The notes below the pieces were generated by a model. It worked only from the letters and a program-made list of their open reading frames with translations, was not told the origin of the DNA and made no database searches. The position numbers and the translations under genes were made by a program. From Pedobacter sp. (GTDB lineage Bacteria > Desulfobacterota > Desulfuromonadia > Desulfuromonadales > Syntrophotaleaceae), in the NCBI GenBank assembly GCA_050253415.1, contig JBFWJC010000001.1, forward strand, positions 1,192,679 through 1,256,678: a DNA stretch of 64,000 nucleotides, in the 5' to 3' direction. Shown here piece by piece: positions 57,008 to 64,000 of this stretch (its first letter is position 1; the number at the start of each line of letters is the position of its first letter).

Positions 57008-58740
57008 TAACCGAAGCGGTAACGCTCCGGAAATTGCAGTATCGATTTGCCAAGGATCAGCCTGCGGCCGTCGATGAGGTGTCGGCAGTGATCCGCACCG
57101 GCCGCATCACCGGCCTGGTGGGACCGGATGGCGCCGGGAAAACTACCTTGCTGCGCCTGATGGCAGGGCTGTTGTTGCCGACTTCCGGAACGATCCGGGT
57201 GTTCGATCAGGATACATGCGGTGCCGGGGATAAATTGTCGCGGTTGTTGGGTTACATGCCCCAGAGGTTTGGCCTGTATGAGGACCTGACCGTACGGCAA
57301 AATCTGCGGTTGTATGCCGATCTGCAGGGGGTTGTCGGTGAGGAACGGACAACTGCTTTCAGCCGCTTGTTGGCGTTTACCGCACTCGCCCCCTTTCAGG
57401 AACGCCTGGCCGGACGTCTGTCCGGTGGTATGAAACAGAAACTGGGGCTTGCTTGCGCTCTGCTGCGCAAACCCCGCCTGTTGTTGCTGGATGAGCCGAG
57501 TGTAGGGGTCGATCCGGTCAGCCGCCGTGAGTTGTGGCGCATGGTTCAGGAATTGGTCGATGAAACCACGGCGGTGGTGTGGTCCACCGCTTACCTGGAT
57601 GAAGCGGAAAAGTGCCACGACATCCTGTTGCTCAACGAGGGGCGGCTGCTGCACGCCGGAGCGCCGGCATCTCTAACCGACGCGATGGCGGGGCGCTGTT
57701 TCCAACTCATGGATATCACCGGCAGCCGTCGCCAGGTGCTGGCTGCAGCGCTGAGGCGGGATGACGTGCAGGACGGTATCATCCAGGGACGCAGCGTTCG
57801 CCTGATAACAGCCAAAGGGGAAACGAAAAGCGGCCTCAATGATTTTGCCGGCGCTGCGGGGGGACGTCTGCAAGAGGTTGCTCCACGTTTCGAGGATGCG
57901 TTTGTGGATATCCTCGGCGGTGGTCCGGGTGGCGATTCTGCGCTTGCCGCCGTTATGGCACCGGTCGCGGAAGATATCCATATTGCTGTCGAGGCCGACG
58001 GACTGACCAAAAAATTCGGTGAATTTACGGCTGCCCGGAATGTTTCATTTGCCATCAACAGAGGGCAAATTTTTGGTCTTCTGGGTCCCAACGGCGCGGG
58101 CAAATCAACCATTTTCAAGATGATGTGCGGCCTGCTGCGCCCCACAGCGGGGCAGGGTCGGGTGGTTGGATTTGATCTGCAGAAGGCATCCGGTCAGGCG
58201 CGGTCCCGACTGGGATATATGGCGCAGAAATTTTCCCTGTATGGCGATCTGTCCGCCCGCCAGAATCTTGATTTTTTCTCCGGCATCTACGGCCTGACGG
58301 GCGTTCGACAACGTCGCACCGTGGAACGCATGATCGGTACCTTCAACCTCGAACCGTTTCTGGCAACTTCCGCGCGGGAATTACCACTGGGTTTCAAACA
58401 ACGACTGGCCCTGGCCTGCGCGGTCATGCACGAGCCTGCGGTATTGTTTCTCGATGAACCGACTTCCGGGGTCGACCCCCTGACCCGCAGGGAGTTCTGG
58501 ACCCATATCAACGGTCTGGTGGAGCGTGGCGTTACGATTCTGGTGACGACCCATTTTATGGACGAGGCGGAATATTGTGATCGTATCGCCCTTATTTACA
58601 AGGGGCAGCTTATCTCTACGGCGCCACCCGATGGACTGAAGCAAGAGGCCAGTTCGGAGAAGTTGCCCGATCCAACCCTTGAGGATGCCTTTATCACACT
58701 GATAGAGCGCTGGGATGCTCGTGAGGGGGAGGAATCATGA
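57004..58740 (+). CDS. Dual-domain ABC ATPase (YbhF-like)
   Basis: GPDGAGKT and LSGGMKQK; second domain GPNGAGKS, LPLGFKQR, LDEPTSGVDP. Confidence 0.92.
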   Translation: MITEAVTLRKLQYRFAKDQPAAVDEVSAVIRTGRITGLVGPDGAGKTTLLRLMAGLLLPTSGTIRVFDQDTCGAGDKLSRLLGYMPQRFGLYEDLTVRQNLRLYADLQGVVGEERTTAFSRLLAFTALAPFQERLAGRLSGGMKQKLGLACALLRKPRLLLLDEPSVGVDPVSRRELWRMVQELVDETTAVVWSTAYLDEAEKCHDILLLNEGRLLHAGAPASLTDAMAGRCFQLMDITGSRRQVLAAALRRDDVQDGIIQGRSVRLITAKGETKSGLNDFAGAAGGRLQEVAPRFEDAFVDILGGGPGGDSALAAVMAPVAEDIHIAVEADGLTKKFGEFTAARNVSFAINRGQIFGLLGPNGAGKSTIFKMMCGLLRPTAGQGRVVGFDLQKASGQARSRLGYMAQKFSLYGDLSARQNLDFFSGIYGLTGVRQRRTVERMIGTFNLEPFLATSARELPLGFKQRLALACAVMHEPAVLFLDEPTSGVDPLTRREFWTHINGLVERGVTILVTTHFMDEAEYCDRIALIYKGQLISTAPPDGLKQEASSEKLPDPTLEDAFITLIERWDAREGEES

Positions 58741-59858
58741 ACGCCCCCCTGCGGCGAATCAAAGCTCTGATTATCAAGGAATTCACCCAGGTGCTGCGGG
58801 ATCCGAGCAGCTTGCTTATTGCTTTTGTGCTGCCTTTGATTTTGCTGTTTCTGTTTGGTTTCGGTGTGTCGCTGGATGCCCGTCGAATCCATATCGGTGT
58901 AGCGGTGCAGGATATGGGGACTCCGGCCCGTGGACTGACATCGGCGTTTTTGGCCAGTCCCTACTTCGAAACGCAGGTGGGCAAGGACCCCCGCCCCTTT
59001 GAACAGCAACTGCTGGCCGGCCATGTTCGGGGCATGGTGGTGATCCCTCAGGACTTCAGCCGGCGTCTGGCCGGGGGCGGTGAAGCCGCGGTGCAGGTCA
59101 TAGCGGATGGCAGCGAGACCAATACCGCCAACTATGTGCAGAATTATGCCCAGGGCGTGGTGTCGGTATGGGGACAGCAGCAGAGGGAAAAAGAGGGGGG
59201 CGATGACAGTTTCGAGCCGCAACTGGTCTCGCGCATATGGTTCAATCCCGAATTGGAAAGTCGCAACTCCCTGATTCCGGGGGCGGTGGCGATCATCATG
59301 GCCATTATCGGTACCCTGCTGACGGCCCTGGTGGTATCCCGCGAGTGGGAGCGTGGTACCATGGAGGCTCTTATGGCTACTCCCGTAGGCATGGTCGAAC
59401 TGTTGGCCGGCAAGCTGGTACCCTATTTTATCCTTGGCCTGCTGGCGATGCTGGGCAGCGTGACCATCGCCGTCTGGCTGTTCCATGTCCCGTATCGCGG
59501 TTCCGTGGTAGCCCTGCTGCTGACCTCCAGCGCCTTTTTGCTGGCCGCCCTGGGCCAGGGGTTGCTTATATCCACTCTCGCCAAAAATCAGTTTATCGCG
59601 GCGCAGGCCGCCTTGATCACCGGTTTTTTGCCGGCCTTTCTGCTTTCCGGTTTTGTGTTTGAAATCGCGTCCATGCCTTTGCCGATCCGTATTTTGACCC
59701 GCATTGTACCGGCCCGTTATCTGGTGACCAATCTCCAGACCTTGTTTCTGGTTGGGGATGTATGGGGATTGCTCTGGACCAACACCATGATTCTGTTGCT
59801 GCTGGCCGGTATTCTCTTTCTGCTGACGGCAAAAAAGACCGTCAAGCGCCTGAGGTAG
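58737..59858 (+). CDS. ABC-2 type permease (YbhS-like)
   Basis: KEFTQVLRDPSS, WFNPELESR, REWERGTMEAL and multiple TMs. Confidence 0.9.
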   Translation: MNAPLRRIKALIIKEFTQVLRDPSSLLIAFVLPLILLFLFGFGVSLDARRIHIGVAVQDMGTPARGLTSAFLASPYFETQVGKDPRPFEQQLLAGHVRGMVVIPQDFSRRLAGGGEAAVQVIADGSETNTANYVQNYAQGVVSVWGQQQREKEGGDDSFEPQLVSRIWFNPELESRNSLIPGAVAIIMAIIGTLLTALVVSREWERGTMEALMATPVGMVELLAGKLVPYFILGLLAMLGSVTIAVWLFHVPYRGSVVALLLTSSAFLLAALGQGLLISTLAKNQFIAAQAALITGFLPAFLLSGFVFEIASMPLPIRILTRIVPARYLVTNLQTLFLVGDVWGLLWTNTMILLLLAGILFLLTAKKTVKRLR

Positions 59859-59864
59859 ATACGC

Positions 59865-60968
59865 GTGTTTGGTCGCATCCGTACCCTGATGATCAAGGAA
59901 TTGCTCGCCATTCTGCGGGATAAGAAGAGCCGCTTTATTCTCATTATCCCGCCGCTGGTGCAGCTGTTCGTATTTTCCTTCGCTGCCACCCAGGAGGCCC
60001 GCAACCTGAGTCTGGCGGTCCTCAACCAGGATCGTGGCCATGCTGCCCTGCATCTGCAGGAACGTTTCGTTGCGGCACGTACCTTCAGTCGGGTCATTTA
60101 TCTACACCATCCGGCCGAGGTGGTCACGGTTATCGAGAACCAGCAGGCCATAGCGGTGTTATGGATTCCGGTTGATTTTTCCGCCGATCTGGCAAGCGGT
60201 CGCAGGGCGCAGGCCAGTTTTATCCTCGATGGTCGTAAAACCAATGCCGCCCAGATCGTACAGGGCTATGCAACCCGCATTATGAACGCTTTTGTGGCTG
60301 GTGAGTCAGGGGATAAAAAGGGTGCGAGGGTCCGTCTTGAGGTCCGCAACTGGTTTAACCCCAATCTCGAATTCAAGTGGTTCACCGTGCCGAGCCTGGT
60401 TTGCATTCTCACTACCCTCATCGGACTGCTGGTGACAGGGCTTTCTGTGGCGCGGGAACGGGAAATGGGCACTTTCGATCAACTGATGGTATCGCCTTTG
60501 CATGCCCTGGAGATACTTGCCGGCAAGGCGGTGCCCGCCTTGCTGGTCGCAGTCCTCGAAGGAACCCTCATCGTGCTGGCGGCAGTTCTGGTGTTGGGGG
60601 TGCCGCTCAACGGCTCGTTATTGTTGCTGTATGCCGGGATGACGGTTTTTCTGGCGGCTATCATCGGCGTCGGATTGTTTATTTCATCTCTTTCCATTAC
60701 CCAGCAACAGGCGGTGCTGGGAGCCTTCATGTTCATGGTGCCGGCCGTGATCCTGTCCGGATTCGCCAGTCCCATCGAAAACATGCCGGACTGGCTGCAG
60801 TCCGTCACTTTGGGAAACCCGCTGCGCTATTTCATGACCATCGTTCGGGGAGTGTTCCTGAAGGATATTTCGCCCGCCATGGTCTGGGACCAGACCTGGC
60901 CCATGGCAATCATCGCCGCGTGTACCCTGTCGGCAGCGACCTGGCTGTTTAAAAAAAGGATGGAATAG
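59865..60968 (+). CDS. ABC-2 type permease (YbhR-like)
   Basis: KELLAILRD, WFNPNL, AREREMGTFDQL, SGFASPIENMP. Confidence 0.9.
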   Translation: MFGRIRTLMIKELLAILRDKKSRFILIIPPLVQLFVFSFAATQEARNLSLAVLNQDRGHAALHLQERFVAARTFSRVIYLHHPAEVVTVIENQQAIAVLWIPVDFSADLASGRRAQASFILDGRKTNAAQIVQGYATRIMNAFVAGESGDKKGARVRLEVRNWFNPNLEFKWFTVPSLVCILTTLIGLLVTGLSVAREREMGTFDQLMVSPLHALEILAGKAVPALLVAVLEGTLIVLAAVLVLGVPLNGSLLLLYAGMTVFLAAIIGVGLFISSLSITQQQAVLGAFMFMVPAVILSGFASPIENMPDWLQSVTLGNPLRYFMTIVRGVFLKDISPAMVWDQTWPMAIIAACTLSAATWLFKKRME

Positions 60969-60979
60969 AGGGGCAGGTT

Positions 60980-61110
60980 CAAGCTGTAAGTTGTAAGCTG
61001 TAAGCTGTAAGCTGGGAGCTGGGAGCTGGGAGCTGGGAGCAAGTGACAAGTGACCAACTAATTGCTAATCACCAATAACTAGTCACTAGTCACTGATTGC
61101 CACTAATCAC
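60980..61110. repeat. Heptamer repeat element D
   Basis: 4 x AGYTGTA, 4 x AGCTGGG, GTGACAA-GTGACCA-ACTAATT-GCTAATC-ACCAATA-ACTAGTC-ACTAGTC. Fills the gap between convergent genes. Confidence 0.93.
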
Positions 61111-62759
61111 TGTTCAGCAAGATACTTTGCCCGCAACGCCTTCTTGTCGGTCTTGCCGACGCTGGTTTTGTCGATGGCCTCGACGAATCGGATGCGGGTC
61201 AGCAGGGCATATTTGGAGAGGATGCCTTTGTCGACAAAGTCGCGCAGGTAGGCAAGCAGCTTCTTTTCCGAAACATCCTTGCCCGGTTCCGGTTTGAGAA
61301 CCGTCAGTGCCAGGGGCAGTTCGCCCCATTTGGCGTCCGCCCGGCCGATGACGGCCGTTTCCTGTACTGCCGGGTGATGGCACAGAACATCCTCTAGTTC
61401 CAGAGATGACACCCATTCTCCTCCGACTTTGATGATGTCCTTGGTGCGGTCGCTGATTTTCAGATAGCCGCGACTGTCCCGGCTGGCCACGTCGCCGGTA
61501 TGCAGATATCCGCCCCGCCACAAGTTTTCTGAATTTTTATGATCCTTCAGGTAGCTCTGGGTCAGCCACGGCGCCCGCACCACGATTTCTCCAACGCTGC
61601 GGCCGTCGTTCGGTACCTGCTGCATCTGTTCATCGACCAATTGTACATCGACCAGTGGCAGAGGTCTGCCGGTTTTGCAGCGGATGTCGATCTGTTCTTC
61701 GCGGCTGAGATTTTTCATGTCCGGTGACAGGTGCGCCAGCGTCAAAATCGGACAGGTTTCCGACATGCCGTACCCGGTAAAAATATCGATGCCACGTTGC
61801 AATGCAGCCAGGCACAGGGCACGTGGCAGGGCCGAGCCGCCGATAATGACCTTCCACTGGGATAGATCGACCCTTTCGGCCAGAGGATGGCTTAGCAGCA
61901 TGTGCAGGATGGTCGGCACGCAATGGGAGAAGGTAACCCCTTCACTGTCAATGAGTTTGAGCAGCGCTTCGGGCGTGTAGCGGCCGGGATAGACCTGTTT
62001 GACCCCCAACGCTGTCGCTACGTAAGGCAATCCCCAGGCATGCACATGAAACATCGGTGTCAGCGGCATGTACACATCGCCCTGATGCAGGTTGCCGTGC
62101 CCGGCGGTACCCAGGGCAGCCATGGCGGTCAGGGTGTGCAACACCAGCTGTCGGTGGCTGAAACTGACGCCTTTGGGCATCCCGGTGGTGCCGGTGGTAA
62201 AGAAGGTCGTGGCGCGGGTATTCTCATCAAAGTCGGGGAAATCGCAAAGTGGCGGGCAGGCTCGCAGCATGCTTTCGTATTCGGCGACAAATTCGATGCC
62301 GGTGGCAGGGGCGGCGTCATCCTCGTTGATAAGAACGAATTTCTTAACCGTATCAATGCGGCCCTTGATCGGTTCCAGCAATGGCAGGAAGTCGCTGTGC
62401 ACCAGCAGTGCATCGTCTTCGGCATGCTCGATGGTGTAGAGCATCTGCTCGGGTGACAGGCGTACGTTGATGGTATGCAGCACGGCCCCGAGCATCGGCA
62501 CGGCGAAAAAGCATTCGAGGTAGCGGTGGCTGTCGTAATCCATAACCGCCACCGTATCGCCGGCCTTGACGCCCAATGCTTTGAGCGCATTGGCCAAACG
62601 GGCGATGCGTTCTTGCAGTTCGGGGTAGGAGAGTTGCAGGCGGTCGCGGTAGACGATGCTGTTGCCGGAGTTCGCCGCAGCCGAATGGTTCAGCAGGTGC
62701 TTGATCAGCAGGGGGGAACTGTAGGCTGAATCAGTGCGATCGATCAGGTGGTCGTGCAT
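61107..62759 (-). CDS. Medium/long-chain fatty-acid--CoA ligase (AlkK/DmdB-like)
   Basis: FTTGTTGMPKGV, PMFHVHAWG, GYGMSET, YLHTGD, DRTKDIIKVGGEW, KTSVGK. Confidence 0.9.
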   Translation of the reverse strand: MHDHLIDRTDSAYSSPLLIKHLLNHSAAANSGNSIVYRDRLQLSYPELQERIARLANALKALGVKAGDTVAVMDYDSHRYLECFFAVPMLGAVLHTINVRLSPEQMLYTIEHAEDDALLVHSDFLPLLEPIKGRIDTVKKFVLINEDDAAPATGIEFVAEYESMLRACPPLCDFPDFDENTRATTFFTTGTTGMPKGVSFSHRQLVLHTLTAMAALGTAGHGNLHQGDVYMPLTPMFHVHAWGLPYVATALGVKQVYPGRYTPEALLKLIDSEGVTFSHCVPTILHMLLSHPLAERVDLSQWKVIIGGSALPRALCLAALQRGIDIFTGYGMSETCPILTLAHLSPDMKNLSREEQIDIRCKTGRPLPLVDVQLVDEQMQQVPNDGRSVGEIVVRAPWLTQSYLKDHKNSENLWRGGYLHTGDVASRDSRGYLKISDRTKDIIKVGGEWVSSLELEDVLCHHPAVQETAVIGRADAKWGELPLALTVLKPEPGKDVSEKKLLAYLRDFVDKGILSKYALLTRIRFVEAIDKTSVGKTDKKALRAKYLAEQ

Positions 62760-62818
62760 GGCAGATTCACCTTTTGCTGAAGGATTGATACGAGTACGGC
62801 AGATGTTTTCGGTATCTT

Positions 62819-63469
62819 TCAGACGAGACGCCCGTCCTCCATATGGATAATGGTACTGTTCAGCCGTTTCGGTTGGTCCGGGGAGTGGGTAGCCTGGATG
62901 ATGGTCATGCCCTGTTCGACCAAGGTCGGCATCAACTGATCAAAGGCTTCAATACTGGCGCGGTCCATGTTGGAGGTCGGTTCATCCAGTAACAGTAAAC
63001 GAGGTTGTAGTACCAGGGCCCTGGCTATAGCTACCCGCTGTTGTTCTCCGCCGGAAAGTTCGCGGGCGTTGCGCCGACCGAAGCCTGAAAGTCCTACCAG
63101 CTCAAGGGTTGCGTGTGTCAGGCGATGTTGCTCCTTGCTGTCGATACCCCGGATCTTGAGACCGTAAGCCACATTATGTCGCACCGAGCGGTTAAGCAGA
63201 TAGGGCGACTGATGCACCAGAGTTATATGCTGGCGCAGGAGTTGTAAATTTTTCTTTTTCCACAAGACCTGTTCGCCATCAAGCAAAAGATGCCCATAGG
63301 TCGGTTTGAGCAATAAGGAGGCGATTTGCAGCAGGGTGCTTTTACCGCAACCGTTGGACCCGATCAGCGAATAAAGATGCTGTGGTAGAAAGTCAAGCTC
63401 ATTGATCTGCAAAGCCAAATGGCTGTTGTAACGCATTTCGATGGAACGCAGCGATAGGATAGGCTTCAC
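62819..63469 (-). CDS. tupC: Tungstate ABC transporter ATPase (TupC-like)
   Basis: GSNGCGKS, LSGGEQQR, LLDEPT. Directly downstream of a TupB-like permease. Confidence 0.75.
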   Translation of the reverse strand: MKPILSLRSIEMRYNSHLALQINELDFLPQHLYSLIGSNGCGKSTLLQIASLLLKPTYGHLLLDGEQVLWKKKNLQLLRQHITLVHQSPYLLNRSVRHNVAYGLKIRGIDSKEQHRLTHATLELVGLSGFGRRNARELSGGEQQRVAIARALVLQPRLLLLDEPTSNMDRASIEAFDQLMPTLVEQGMTIIQATHSPDQPKRLNSTIIHMEDGRLV

Positions 63470-63472
63470 GGC

Positions 63473-64000
63473 TTACCTCTGTTGCAAAAAGTTCAAAAAC
63501 ATATTGATCAGCAGGGCGACCGACATCAGGAAAATGCCGAGGGCCAGGCCAAAGGCGAATTCCCCCTTGCTGGTTTCCAGAGCGATGGCGGTGGTCATGG
63601 TGCGGGTCACCCCTCGGATATTGCCCCCCAGCATCATGGCGACACCGACTTCGGCAATAATCCGCCCGAATCCTGCAATGATGGCAGCGACGACACCGAA
63701 GCGGATCTCCTGCAACAGCAGAACAGCACCGCGGGTGGTGCTGGCACCAAGGGTCAGGGCGGTCGGCATGATGCGGCTGTCCGAGGCGCTTAGCGCGCCG
63801 AGGGTGTAGTTGGCGATGATCGGTGTGGCGAGGATAATCTGGCCGATGATCATGGCAGACGGTGTAAACAGCAAACCGAATTGCCCCAAAGGGCCCATGC
63901 GGCTCAAAAAACCGTACACCACCAGGCCGACTACCACCGTCGGCAGGGCCATGAGGGTGTTGAGCAGGGTGATCACCACCCGTCGCCCGGGGAAACGTCC
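63473..64000 (-). CDS. tupB: Tungstate ABC transporter permease (TupB-like), 5' end outside the window
   Basis: LNTLMALPTVVVGL..LSRMGPLG..LLFTP, GFGRIIAEVG..GGNIRGVTRTMTTAIALETSKGEF. Confidence 0.82.
   Translation of the reverse strand, partial: GRFPGRRVVITLLNTLMALPTVVVGLVVYGFLSRMGPLGQFGLLFTPSAMIIGQIILATPIIANYTLGALSASDSRIMPTALTLGASTTRGAVLLLQEIRFGVVAAIIAGFGRIIAEVGVAMMLGGNIRGVTRTMTTAIALETSKGEFAFGLALGIFLMSVALLINMFLNFLQQR

Overview
This 64-kb window looks like the chromosome of an anaerobic deltaproteobacterium. The gene content (RomR next to valS, MucR, ptsP, TupBC, a hydrogenase-like enhancer-binding protein) suggests Desulfuromonadales, possibly Pelobacter/Syntrophotalea; this is an inference. 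Most of it is housekeeping or ordinary metabolism: glpX, bcp, rarA, nadK-recN-argA-like, M23 peptidase-secA-argJ, deoC-deoB, valS, ptsP, oppDF, tex, gnd-zwf-pgl, a YbhGFSR-type exporter, an acyl-CoA ligase and tupBC. I saw no rRNA, tRNA, CRISPR array, integrase or transposase. The best candidate for an undescribed system is at 3.9-12.9 kb. A FadL-type outer-membrane channel is divergent from a SAM methyltransferase. These converge on a three-gene operon in which two paralogous membrane-anchored V4R-like/GAF/HD-GYP/PilZ proteins flank a tandem-PilZ protein with a probable GNAT-like domain. I infer a lipophilic-signal (quorum-sensing-like) circuit coupled to c-di-GMP. Other notable structure: (i) an AT-rich lipoprotein islet bounded by a perfect 113-bp direct repeat of a gene's 3' end; (ii) four composite heptamer-repeat elements, two of which bracket an orphan oppDF pair in inverted orientation; (iii) a family of three-unit 8/9/10-mer palindromic intergenic elements; (iv) an [FeFe]-hydrogenase-like sigma54-type activator lacking GAFTGA upstream of ptsP; (v) a RomR homologue with a 20-copy EPVx repeat. 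All functional calls come from motif recognition by eye; no database searches were run.
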